A stretch of DNA of 63,233 nt, counting the filler, from Octopus bimaculoides (lineage: Eukaryota), in the NCBI RefSeq assembly GCF_001194135.2. It is 5 parts of 4 records of this genome, joined end to end, with 100 filler letters (N's around TTAATTAATTAA, not from the genome) between each part and the next. Parts side by side here need not be neighbours in the genome. Positions count along the whole stretch, not along the records: positions 40,220 to 43,779 come from NC_068989.1; positions 43,880 to 52,790 come from NC_068983.1; positions 52,891 to 63,233 come from NC_069006.1; 2 more parts are not named here. One strand, given 5' to 3'. The notes under the pieces are model-generated. The model worked only from the letters and a program-made list of their open reading frames with translations. It did no database searches and was not told the DNA's origin. Made by a program: the position numbers and the translations under genes. Shown one piece after another: positions 43,171-55,264 of the stretch; the first letter of the stretch is position 1; the number at the start of each line of letters is the position of its first letter.

Positions 43171-43222
43171 GTCTATCTGCTATTGCTATNNNNNNNNNNC
43201 ATATATATACACAAATAATATA

Positions 43223-43272
<50 letters not shown>

Positions 43273-43353
43273 CATACATTATATATATATGTGTGTGTAT
43301 GTGTGTATATATATATGTGCGTGCATATATACATATATATCATATATATACAT

Positions 43354-43385
<32 letters not shown>

Positions 43386-44819
43386 GCATGCATGTGTGTA
43401 TATATATATATTTATATATATATATGTATGTATATATGTGTGTGTGCGTGTGTGTGTGTGCGTGTGTGTGTGCGTGTGTGTGTGTGTGTATACCAATATC
43501 TATATATGTATTACAGTAAGTATACAAACAATGTCAGAACATCGCTACTGTGAGTGTCAAGCTATGTGAGAAAGCCCTTGTCTTTAGGTTGATGAAACGT
43601 GGACCTGAAGACACACGGATCATTTCGGACAAAAGATATACAAGTCTTTATATGCTATTATGAGTATCTAGGAAAACATTTTCCTCCTTAAAGAATAATG
43701 GCGATTTTATTGAATAAATTTACTGCTTAATATTTCAAGAAATTTTTATGTAATTTCGGTAAATATATCTGTTAAAATGNNNNNNNNNNNNNNNNNNNNN
43801 NNNNNNNNNNNNNNNNNNNNNNNTTAATTAATTAANNNNNNNNNNNNNNNNNNNNNNNNNNNNNNNNNNNNNNNNNNNNTATATATATGTATATACATAG
43901 ATGTATACACACACATACATACATAGATATAGATAGATATATATGTTGAAATTTTGAGTTAGATGCATCTCTGTAATGGAAATATGGATGTTGCATATGT
44001 AATGAATGTTTGTCGTTATACGATTTTAAGTTACGGTATCTCGTTCCATGAAATTCCTTTTAAAGACGTAGTGAATAAAAATTACTATCTACCTCAATGT
44101 CAGGCGAAACGCATCGCATCGAAGGTGACAAGAACGACAGATGTCGAGGTATCACTGTTATTTCAGATCATTGATGCCCTGTTATCGAATGTCTCTCAAG
44201 ATGGATTCAAATCACCGGACCGGAATATAGATTCAAAATATAGGATATATCTTTACATTGCTGGCTGAGAGTTAATAGACTGTTGAAGATAAAGATATGA
44301 GGAAGGAAGAAGTCACAGTTGATGTTATAGGCAAAAGAATGGAGAGTAAAAAGGAGAAAGGCCGTGACATCTTGAAGAAAAGAAATGAGAAGAGAGAGAG
44401 AGAAGAAGGGAGGAAGGGAGGGATAGAGAGGGTGAAAGTGCAATCCTGCAGGAAGTCGATGGAAATCATTCACCTAATACATTTGTCATCACGTGTTATA
44501 TATTCAATAAAATAAATTATTTATTTCCCAATTGGACACTATTTTCACAGGAATTTTTTAAACTTTGGAGCAAACCCGGATACCTATTGCCTTCTTTATT
44601 TAGAATATCTAATACGTATCACATAATAGCTGACAATGATATAAGAAATTGTGAGAATACGTGGTATCCATGAGTAATTACAACCATCAAAAGATAGGAA
44701 TGAACTCAGATTTAATAAACCTAGACTGCGTCCCTAAGAATGTCGACAGTTTTCGAGGCTATCTACATTATAGACATGTAGCAAAGGCCTGCGACATTTC
44801 ATTACATCCTTCATATTCT

Positions 44820-45110
44820 ACACTCTTTCTTCTTTCAAACTATCCAGTTTTAACATTCCACTGTATACTCAATTGTACAACTGTTTGTATATCAATAACT
44901 CTTCCTATCTGTCTAACAACACCAATATCTCTAAAATTTGTTTATAAAATCTTTTCCAGAAATTTCTTCCACTTACTCTGAACATGCAGATATTTCTTTC
45001 ACTTACACTGAACACTGAATTCTAACATGGAAAGCCATAAACATTTAAATACACATGTCCCACCGGATTAAACTTCAACATATATTAAAGCCCAAAACAT
45101 TTTTGGCAAT
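44820..45110 (+). mobile_element. Possible decayed LINE RT C-terminal fragment
   Basis: Weak LSNNTNISK and HLHTE-like motifs with multiple disruptions. Confidence 0.25.
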
Positions 45111-45284
45111 CTAAGTTAAGAAACATAAGTTTATGTAAACATGAGATAACTCCTATAGAAAGGGAATTTATGTGTACTCAAACGCAACGTATGTATGTAT
45201 ATATTTATGCATATATGCATACCTACCTATACATATATTATGATATATATATATGTGTGTATGTATGTATATGTACATATATAT

Positions 45285-45359
<75 letters not shown>

Positions 45360-45517
45360 AATATATACATAGACACACACACACACACGCACTCATATAC
45401 ATATACTGAAATGCAAAGAAAATGATAAATTATAGTTCAAAAGATATTGGTTTGATGTTCCAATATGTTTCCATATGGAAAGCCTGCGAAACCTACATTT
45501 CTAGACTACTCCTCTTC

Positions 45518-45553
<36 letters not shown>

Positions 45554-46153
45554 CATACACATATACAAACGTGCGCAAGCTCACACACATACACACACAT
45601 ATATGCATAAACTCATATCTAGTATGTCCGATACCTATAAATGATGAGAAATATATATGTTCGAGCAAGTCTGAATAATGTGTGCAATATAATAAACTTC
45701 AATAATTGCTCTATAATGCGAATTTAGTACTCAATAAATCATTTGTAACGCAAATTTTTGTAATATAATGTAAGATACAGGTCTGCACGTTTGGAAATTT
45801 GTATAATGTTTATACAAAAACAAAAAAGGAAAAAGAAATCAAACCAAACTAGTATAACGTAAAGTGGCAGAAAGTTGCCGTTTCAATGAAAAACAACCTG
45901 ATGTGAATTAATAAGAAATATATAAGGTGGCAAATAGATTGTGAAGTTTGCTATGCATGTAATGACACAAAAGTCTTACTTCTGCCCAAATACCAACAGC
46001 AATTCGCAGGCTATTAACATATTTGGAATTTGATCAAAGAAATGCCCAAGATAAGGAGCTTGAGCGTTTCCAATGCGTACCAGTAAATACGACCAGTGAT
46101 TTGAGATCTTAGCAATATCTGAAAATAAATTCCAGCTCAAGAAATCCAACTGG

Positions 46154-46205
<52 letters not shown>

Positions 46206-46336
46206 TTGCCAACAAATCAACAAAAGAAAATGTAATAAATCGAGAGGGACATTAACAATAAGCTATTGACAAGAACACACAAGCGCATGGAAAATAAATA
46301 GAAATACGCGAAACAAAATATAGAGCATCCCAGATG

Positions 46337-47050
46337 GAATTAGATAATACAATGAAATGCCTAGCTACGCGAGAACCATAAAACCGCTTCATGGACTGCA
46401 AGGAAATTTCCTAGAAACCTCCAAAATATAGGTTGATAAACTCAACAAAGAATGAATTCTGTGTAGATATTAAATAAATACTAAACGGCATCCATTATAG
46501 AAAAAATAAAGCACTCGCTTACTTGAATCAAATAACATCAATGTTGTTTACGATTGGTTTAATAAAATGGAGAAAAAAATTGTCCAATCAATTGATATTA
46601 CAAAATCCTATTCAATATATTCACATTCCTGCTCACCAAGGCAATGGCGTTCGTAAAAAATACAGCGATCATCAGTAGCAACACTGTCAATATAATGCTA
46701 TTTAGAAAAAAAATGCACATCATTGATAACATCACACACGTGAAAATGAAACGACCACTCTACTCTATGTCGAAATATGACAGAGGTGAAGTTTAGAAGC
46801 CAAGAAATGTTAAGAACGAAATTAATATACATATTATGTATGGCAATGAAAGACTTTGCCTATTACATAATGTCCATACACGAAACATAAACAGGAAAAA
46901 CTGAATAAGTATTTTCATGTATGTTGCCTCAAAAAGTGCAGTTACCATCAACCTTGACATAGTAAAAAATTCTAGGCATTATATGAGATCTTGATACCAT
47001 GTAATTCCAAGCAAAATTAAGAAGTTAATATGCAATAATAACAAATCTAC
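46337..47050 (+). mobile_element. Decayed Penelope-like element (PLE) reverse transcriptase fragment
   Basis: Translation across stops and frameshifts gives ELDNTMKCLA..MDCKEIS*KPPKYRLINSTKNEF, VVYDWFNKMEKK..IDITKSY, LLTKAMAFVK..IISSNTVNIMLFRK, MSKYDRGEV*, MYGNERL. These occur in the order of recalled PLE RT motifs (LDDRIECLA..LKDHKENF..KCRLINPAKSEI, VIDWFK..FDI..FY, LLTKAL.FAK, MGSYDGAEVCE, LYRDDGL). Confidence 0.7.
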
Positions 47051-47585
47051 CTATTCTAGTGGGAAGAAAACGAAGTTGTATAATCAAACTAATGTGTTAC
47101 ATAACATGAAATAGTGCCATGTTCCTTAAAGCTGCCAGCTTGCTCAATAAGAGCCGCCTTGAAGTTAGCTAATTGTAGAGAAATACTCAAGTTGTTGAAA
47201 ATGTTTCGTAACGATAGTCACAATTACCGCCGAAACAACCTTTGCCTATTCTGACGTTTTGAGAGAAATTACTATACCAGCTTCTCTTGACTGCAGCTCA
47301 GCCTTATATAATGTAAGATGTTTTGTATATAATGGAAAAACATTGCTTGGCTGTTAATCAGCAATCAAAATGGTTGCATAACAGAGTTGTTACTCAAACA
47401 AGCAGAGCAAGTAGCTTGATTAGTTTTTTTCTTTTCTTTACGTAGGTCTTAGTTTCGATTTTGGAGAAGCGTATTAATTTTTGTCCTTGAAGCCTTAGAT
47501 AGATTGAAAATGCGAGATAAATTTCCTTTACATTATTTAAACTATTTACAGTTGACGGATATTTTTCCTCATCTTGTTTGTTGTT

Positions 47586-47631
47586 AACACAACGTTTTGG
47601 CTGATATACCCTCCAGCCCTCACCAGGTGCC
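47586..47631 (-). ncRNA. Decayed minimal type-I hammerhead ribozyme motif, left arm
   Basis: The minus strand reads GGCAC-CTGGTGA-G-GGCTG-gagggtatat-CAGCC-AAAAC-GTT-GTGTT. Stem II is intact at 5 bp and stem I is intact; the core has substitutions at A6 and G12. Confidence 0.6.
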
Positions 47632-47686
47632 TTGGGGAAATTTCGAACCTGGGTCCTCATTCCTAAGGTATGTTTCGTTGTTGTTG

Positions 47687-47746
<60 letters not shown>

Positions 47747-47904
47747 TCACTGCCTAGAATCGATATCGGAATCTTGGGGTTTGTAACCCGCGCTCTTAAC
47801 CACTATGCCACGTGCCCACGGGCATATGGCGTAGTGGTTATTATAATGATAATAACATCGAAAAATACCTTAGGATTGAGAACCCAGGTTCGAAATTTCC
47901 CCAA

Positions 47905-47950
47905 GACACCTGATGAAAGCTGGAGGGATTATCTGCCTAAACGTTGTGTT
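47905..47950 (+). ncRNA. Decayed minimal type-I hammerhead ribozyme motif (Penelope-type), right arm
   Basis: Stem I GACAC(47905-09)/GTGTT(47946-50), core CTGATGA (47910-16), degenerate stem II, TAAAC in place of GAAAC, GTT cleavage triplet (47943-45). Confidence 0.6.
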
Positions 47951-48589
47951 AACTACAAACAAGATGAGGACAATTATGCGTCAACTGTTGATAATGTAAA
48001 TAATGTACATAATTCCTCATCTCTTAAATATAGGAACTGTAAAATTTCCTTTGTTTCAGAAATTGAATTCGTGTGTGTCATATGAGAACGTTGTCTTGAA
48101 GGTGTTCTCTAAAAGCCTAATCTATTTTTTCTCATTGCCGTTTCATTTAACAGCAATAATTTGGCTCCGTACACTAAAACCGTACACTATATAGGCAAAA
48201 CATCTGGCGATTTTTAAAATGTTATGTGTGTTAAAGTGAATTCTGATCAAGCAGATCTGTCATAAAAGGTATTTTCAAACCTATTTCTAAGATTGTGTAA
48301 GAGCACATTATTCAGCGTGTTCATTACTTACTCAAGATGTGAGGGTCTATCTCACAGGTAAATCAAATGACCACACAGATACTCCGAACTGGAGTCGGGT
48401 TTTTCTAACGTGTTTGGACACTTTTATTACTTCACTTATCAAAATTATAATATCTTTGGTGCTATTTAAAAATAATATCTATTTCTCGCTATTTCCAATA
48501 TTGCTTTTGTTCTCTATCTTCTTGTTGTTTACCACCAGATAGGATGTTACTTTCTGTTTTTGATGCCTGATTGATCAACCTATAAAAAA

Positions 48590-48800
48590 AGCAGAATAGG
48601 CCTGACACCACTTTCTTCTTGTATGCATAGTTTAAGAAACATTTCTCAGATCTGACAACTACGTGAAGGTTCAATCACTTTTGTTTTTGTATCTATGTTT
48701 CATGGGACAAGGTTTCGTGCTAAGTTCTTTCTCAAGGCAAGTTTAGTCAGGTGCGTAGACTTTGATTGTGAAGCGAATGTATCTGCTATTATTCCATGTC
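48590..48800 (-). mobile_element. Possible highly decayed mariner transposase fragment
   Basis: The minus strand has weak similarity to the RK..ARWVP..LT..QK..R..C and IVTGDEKW regions. Confidence 0.25.
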
Positions 48801-49767
48801 TAATACAATTTCAGTTAAATACATTTTACACTGCAACCCGATGTTTATTTCGCTCGATCCAAATACAATTTTATTCTTTAAATTATTTCAATTATCCTTC
48901 ATACAACCTTCAAAAGATTTAGTCAATTCAACTGATCAGAGTAAGGTATTTTTTATTCTTTTTTAAACATGGGCACTTATTTTGTAATTTCTGAAGAACT
49001 CCTAAAGGAATCCGAACGATCTCAAACCTGTTGTTAAGCGTTGACACAAAGCCGCACGTCCACAGCGACACGTAGATATTATACATATACAACATACCTC
49101 TGCAGATTTTCCGCTTATTAAATTCTCCCACATCGAATTTGTCGGCCCGTGGATATAGTAGAAGACACTTGATGAAAATATCATGCACTTACATAGAACC
49201 GGAAGCCACGAGGATGTGAAGTGAACTTCTTCGTCAAGTAGCCATGAACCTGCCAATGGATATTGTTGAATATTTTCGTTATCTTAGTTGTTCGCTTGAG
49301 TTTCTATAGTGATAGTAATTATAGATAAATCTTTGTCAGTGTCAATGAAAGCAAAGTGATTTGCCATGTCAAACATATAATCGTAAACCCCCTCAAATCA
49401 CAGTCAGCAGACTTAACTATAAAATTTCAAATAATTAGGTTTCTGAAAGACATTATTCTAAAGTCTATGATTGCGAAATCATACTGATGTGATTTTGGCT
49501 TAGTTTACAATGCGTGGCATTTTGCTTTAAGTTACCTAATTGCCTTTAGGCACTGAAGAAAATATTTCTCACTCAAGTCGCTTGAAGTCCTTGGTAAAGA
49601 TTCTATATTCGCCTGTCTCACAGAAACATAAACATATCCTAAAAAAAAAACAATGAATATATTTTAATTGTATGTGTATGACCGCCGTGGTTTTTACGTC
49701 ATTCTGTGTCAAATCAAATGTTCACACACAAACACAGACACACACACAGACACACACACAGACACAC

Positions 49768-50195
49768 AATGCGACCATGCTGGAGCACCACCGTGGGGCA
49801 CCGCCTTGGGGCCCCACCTGGGGCATTACCTGCGGCATCACCTGGGGCTTCACCCCGGTGGAGCAAGTCGACACTAAGATCTCATCTTTTAAGCGTAGTA
49901 CTTATTCTATCGGTCTCTTTTTTAGGAGAGCTTCCGGTATGTAAATGTAACCACACCGGTTGTCACGCAGTGGTGGGTGACAAATACACACACTCACACA
50001 TACATACATACTCACACACTCACGCAAATATATGCGTATACATACATAATACATACATATACATATAACCAAATCTACTCACAAGACTTTAGTCTACCCG
50101 CGGCTATAGTAGAAGACACTTGCCCATGGTTCCACACAGTGAGACTGAACCCATAACTACGTGAGAAGCAAGCTTCTCACTACTCACCCGCGCCT
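49768..50195 (-). mobile_element. Degenerate full-length SINE family A
   Basis: Tail and head motifs in minus orientation with a central CA tract. Confidence 0.75.
49786..49858. repeat. GC-rich 12-13-bp imperfect minisatellite inside a SINE tail
   Basis: caccaccgtgggg / caccgccttgggg / ccccacctgggg / cattacctgcgg / catcacctgggg / cttcaccccgg. Confidence 0.8.
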
Positions 50196-50712
50196 GTCTC
50201 TGGCTATAGTTATATGACTGCGCAGTGTATATTTGTTAATTATGTTTGCGTTTATATATTCATTTAAAAGAGTTGAACCATCCACGAACGCAGAATTTAT
50301 TCAATTTTAAATGTCCATTGATATAATGTCACATATAAACGTAAGTGCAGTTTCATAAATCCAACAGAAGGAAAACTAGATTTCTCATCAGCAGACGTTT
50401 TAAGTTTTTTTTGTTTTTTTTTTAGGAGAAATATTGTAAAAGAAGGCTAACAATTGATTTAGAGTAATGCTAACATTGAATGGTTTAATAATATAGGAGG
50501 TATGCTGCAAACGTACCTAATGAAATATTATAGAGCTAGCAGGATCCTTAGAAAACACGGTTATTTTACAAATTGTATGATGAAATTGTTTATTTTACTG
50601 AAATATTCGATTCTCTAAAAATTCGTATAGGCAGTATTGAAGGAACAATCAATCAATCAATCGACCGAATGACCAATCATTTAATAAATAAATAAATAAA
50701 TAAATCAGTCAG

Positions 50713-50759
<47 letters not shown>

Positions 50760-50798
50760 ATCACTCAATCGGTCAAACAACTAATCAATCAGTTACTT

Positions 50799-50868
<70 letters not shown>

Positions 50869-51907
50869 CATGTATGTATATCTGCATGTCTGTCTCTCTG
50901 TCCTACATTTCTGTAGATGCATATATTTATCTACTCTGATAATACAGATAATCATTTAGAATAAACATTTAAAATAAAAATCCTACATAACTAAGGTGCC
51001 CCAGAATGGCCTCAGGCTTTGGATTTCTACATATAAAACGGTAAATGTAACACCCACCATTATTTGCTAAAGTTATGTGTTGGTAAATCTAGCGTCCGTC
51101 TTTCTGTCTCCTTCTTGTCAATGCATATATCCCCATAGATACGCCGACGGACTGAAGATATAGAAATGACTGCACATTAAATCCGTTAACAACTACTAAA
51201 CTCTTATTTTTATTGTCTGTCACAATATTCTGTTATGCTGTATTTAATATTGTGTAATTGTTTTCCACTCCCGCATTCACTCCCGCATTCACTCTCCCAT
51301 TCTCACTCTGCCTTTCGCTTGAACTTCCCCACATGCCACTGAACTTAACATTCGTATATCTCTCTTCTACTTTCTATGTAATTCTTCAACTAACTAACCA
51401 CACAATGCAATAGAATACGTTCCCTTGCCTCACATTACCGACACGTTTGTCTCTCTCGCTCTATGTCTCCTTTGAATCCAGTACGTGATAACGACATACA
51501 TTCAGTCTTAGGGTAATAACTATTATTTTCCTCCTACCATACGTCGTTAGCGCTGCTCTCTCACTTGTATCTCTCGCTCTTCGCCTCTCGCTTCAACCAA
51601 CCATGTGATGGCGCAACTGTTTCCGCCTTAGTGTATTGATATATAGACTTGTAGTGCCCGGGGAAATTCCACAGTAAATGCGAAATTGTTTAAACGGTTG
51701 GAAATTTATTTAAAAACATAAAAATTGGTGTTCGTTTTGAAACTGTATATTCTGCATTGTCCTCTCGATAAGGCTGTAATTGAACGAGCATGAGTCTCCA
51801 ATTCTCGTAGCAGTTCAAACATTCATTTTAAACCTAAGAGCTTCACCATGATTACAAGGAATGATTATATTAACAATATTGCAACTTTCAACCTCATGTT
51901 CACAGTT

Positions 51908-51944
<37 letters not shown>

Positions 51945-52454
51945 TATTTCTCCATTTCCATTTTCTCTTCTATCGTGAGCACCTCTTATGTGCTGTAAAT
52001 ACTCACTGCATTCTCTTTGATTCATATTTTCCCTTCTACATACATGCATGCATGCATACATACATACATACATACATACATACATACATACACACATGCA
52101 TACATATATGTATATTTATCTTTAGGTCTCTCTCTCTATACATATGTGTGTTTGTGTGTGTGTGTATTTGTATGTATACATATATGTGTGTATGTATATC
52201 AAATATTAATTTAAACAGCAGTTTACAATATTTCATCAAAAATGAGAACTTTAATTGCCATTCAATGCGACTAGGATTTTAAAAACATCTACATAGCTAC
52301 AAAGAGGATAACCGTCCGAAAATGCATTTTTCGAATGACTAAGGTTCCTGTTAATGTATGTGTTTACATGTACTGCATTGAAGCATTTTGGCTCTTATTT
52401 CTAGCAATGTATGTGTTTCTAACACCCTAGTAACTATATATATATATATAATGC

Positions 52455-52778
52455 GGCACTCCATCAGATACGGTGACGAGGGTTCCAGTTGATCCGATCA
52501 ACGAAACAGCCTGTTCGTGAAATTAACGTGAGCACTGCACACACACCTGTACTCTTAACGTAGTTCTCAGGGAGATTCAGCGTGACTCAAAGTGTGAAAT
52601 AGGTACAACAGAAACAGAAAGAAAGAGTGAGAGAAAGAGTACAGCAGGGTTCGCCATCGCCCGCTGCCGGAGCCTCGTAGTGCTTCAGGTTTTTTTCGCT
52701 CAATAAACGCTCACAACGCCCGGTCTGGGAATCAAAACCGCGAGTGCACTGCCCTAACCACTGGGCCATTGCACCTCC
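52455..52778 (-). mobile_element. tRNA-derived SINE family B
   Basis: Reverse complement of the 57385-57730 copy (head GGAGGTGCAATGGCCCAGTGGTTAGGGC, tail ..GGAACCCTCGTC..GGAGTGCC). Confidence 0.9.
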
Positions 52779-52790
52779 ATTATATATATA

Positions 52791-52890
52791 NNNNNNNNNN
52801 NNNNNNNNNNNNNNNNNNNNNNNNNNNNNNNNNNTTAATTAATTAANNNNNNNNNNNNNNNNNNNNNNNNNNNNNNNNNNNNNNNNNNNN
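52791..52890. other. Assembly gap of unknown size with TTAATTAATTAA linker (also at 29179, 40164, 43824)
   Basis: About 44 N + TTAATTAATTAA + about 44 N (100 bp), occurring four times. It is a six-frame-stop linker. Confidence 0.9.
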
Positions 52891-52937
52891 ATGTATATAT
52901 TTTTTCTCTCTGTTTTTCAAAACTATATTTCTACCAG

Positions 52938-53158
52938 TTCTTATTTCTGTTGAAAAACCTGCTGAGTTCATTTGAAATGAAAGGCAACTTGGGGTTACAG
53001 TCTGTTGCCCACATCTCACAAGATGAAAGGGACAATGTCATTCTAAAGAGAAAAGAGATTTGCCAACAACTTCTTCAGAAAATTCAGAATCTTCGACAAC
53101 AGTTGGAACGGAAACAGGAATTGTTGCAAGACTATGAAGGAAGTTTGGGCCAGCTTCG
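52938..53158 (+). CDS. FHAD1: FHAD1-like coiled-coil protein, internal exon (221 nt, phase 0-2): FLFLLKNLLSSFEMKGNLGLQSVAHISQDERDNVILKRKEICQQLLQKIQNLRQQLERKQELLQDYEGSLGQLR
   Basis: Acceptor ctaccag| at 52937 and donor |gtaaga at 53159. The peptide aligns without gaps to the C-terminal region of human FHAD1 as I recall it ([74 protein letters not shown]). Not database-verified. Confidence 0.85.
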
Positions 53159-53987
53159 GTAAGATGATGTAGTTACCGTTGTAGTGTTTTTTTTGTTTTA
53201 GATGTAATTGTTGTTGAGATTGTAGTCATGGATGTAGTTCTTGTTGTTGTTGGTTGTGCACATGTAGTTTTATATCCTATGGATGTATTGTCAGAATGCT
53301 GCTGCTTTTCTGTGGCACTCATCTTGAGACGATGTCTCATAGACGTATGGTGCTAAAAGCACAGTCACACAAATGCGAATCATCTAACACAGTGCTCCAC
53401 AACCAGTAGCACACTAGTGTGCCGCAGTGTAACCTGAATATAATTTTTTCCCCTATACTTTTAGTTATATTTTTAGTTCAGGTGTGCCACTGAATTTTGT
53501 AAACTACCCATCATTCATTCTCTCTGTTATGACCAAAATAAGCAATTGTCATCACTGATTCTCTTCCACAAACCCCTTGGCATCACTCCAGGTCCCACAG
53601 CTTCTCTTCTGTTGCCTTCTACACTACACTAATAACTAATAATTCTCTTCTTCTCATCATCTTTTCTTTCTCCTCCTCGTCTTCTTCTTCTGATTTCTCT
53701 TCCTCGTCCTCTTTTTCTCTGTCCTCCTCTTCCTTCTCCCCTCTTCTCCTTCCTCCCCATCCTCTTTTTCTTCCTTCTCTTCATTCTGTGGTCTCTGATA
53801 GTTAAGGTTGCTAAACGTTCTGTCATTGTTAGTTTTATAATTTACTCACATTCTATTGTTCTGCACTACACACTCATTCTCTTACTTTATATTTAAACTC
53901 ATTACGTTATTCTACACTACACATTCATTGAGTCATTCTATTAGTTTTATATTCTCTTCAGTTATTCTTTTATTCTTTACTTAACAG

Positions 53988-54039
53988 GAAAGCAGAGGAA
54001 CTTGCTGTAAAGAAAAATCGAGAAGCAGACAGTCTAACA
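53988..54039 (+). CDS. FHAD1: FHAD1-like exon (52 nt, phase 2-0): (R)KAEELAVKKNREADSLT
   Basis: Polypyrimidine tract + ttaacag| and donor |gtgaga. The first G completes the CG codon left by the previous exon and the frame stays open. Confidence 0.8.
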
Positions 54040-54128
54040 GTGAGATATTCTATTTCCTACTTAAAATGTCTAGTACTATAACCCTCTCTTTATCACTTAA
54101 CTTGTTACAAGTCTGTTTTGTTCCATTT

Positions 54129-54390
54129 AGGGTGTCCCAGAATTAATTATCTATTTCAATGAAATCAGGAAAATTAAAAAAAAAACTGACAGAATTTTAT
54201 GTTTCTTACTTAATTATTATACCAAAAATGAATAGATTTATAAATCTTATGCCAAAACTTTATTGAAAATTTTCAACATGTACTCTGTCTGTATCCCTGC
54301 AAATTTTAGATCTATGCTTAGATCAGGAGTTATCTCCTGCATTGCGAACTGAATGCGTTCTTTAAGTTCAGCTAAACTAATGCTCCGTTC
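54129..54390 (-). mobile_element. Tc1/mariner 3' end remnant
   Basis: AGGGTGTCCCAG TIR-like end. The minus strand reads SLAELKERIQFAMQEITPDL..CRDTDRVHVENFQ*, resembling a mariner transposase C-terminus. Confidence 0.6.
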
Positions 54391-55046
54391 CTAGGGATGG
54401 AGGTAGAGAAAATGATTGTAGCCAAATTGAAAATTAAAAATGGTGTGGACAGATAAGTAGAATCCAACAGGAATGAAAATAAAATTATAAGAAAGATTAT
54501 AAAATTATAAACAGGCAAGGTAAGAGCTTGCTTCCCAACCACATCTTTTATTATTTTGAGTTGTCTCCCTTGCCTGTATTTAATTTCGTTAATCGTTATT
54601 CAACAACGTTTATTGTAGCTTTCCTTGATAATCTTAGTTCAATATTACCTTAATTGAGACATTAATTACGTTGACACTTCACTATTTATAGAAACTCTAA
54701 GATGTGTATTATTGCTGTCTGGTGTGTGTGTATGTTTGTATGAAAGAGAGAGTGAGAGAGAGAGAGACAAAGAAAGACAGACAGACGACAGGCAGATTAT
54801 GGTGAGAGTAGATATAACGTTGCTGTTTATGCTTTGTTTGTTTGTCATACACAATAAACATAACGAGTTTCCAAAGAAAACCTGTTAGATTTATTGCAGG
54901 TGTTGTAAATCATCAATTTATATTCTGAGGCACGTTACCTAAGAGGACCAATATTGTTAGATGAGAACTATCTACCTTAATTTAGATGTAGATATATAGC
55001 CCCACATCTGTCAGTGATGGTCACTGTCAGAAAGAGAGATAATTTA

Positions 55047-55264
55047 TTAACCCTTTCGTTACTATATTTCTGTAGAGATGCTCAGTGTTTCTTTCAATTA
55101 ATTTTAAATATAACAAAGAATTTAGTAAAATAACTTAGTTATCATTCAGCTAGTGTCAGGAACATAAATTGTGACTAAGGTTTGGTGGAAGGTATTAATT
55201 CAGAACCTTTGAAAAGAAGACATTTGTACTATAAAGCCAGAGACGGTTTCAGCTGGGTTGGTTA
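55047..55264 (+). mobile_element. piggyBac-like non-autonomous fragment
   Basis: Begins TTAA|CCCTTT (TTAA target plus a CCC terminus). The right end is truncated. Confidence 0.4.

Larger units (their letters stand above)
47525..48039. mobile_element. Palindromic non-autonomous element: two back-to-back tRNA-like heads plus arms carrying hammerhead-like motifs
   Basis: 47525-47677 is the reverse complement of ~47858-48010 with scattered mismatches. The central heads taaccactatgccacgtgccc (47797-47817) and gggcatatggcgtagtggtta (47820-47840) are inverted about a 2-nt spacer. A-box TGGCRTAGTGG is present in both. Confidence 0.8.

Noticed and set aside
47741-47817. tRNA gene (also the heads at 11648, 57385 and 60146)
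   Set aside because: A/B boxes are present but there is no full cloverleaf or acceptor stem, and they continue into repeat bodies. These are SINE-type heads.
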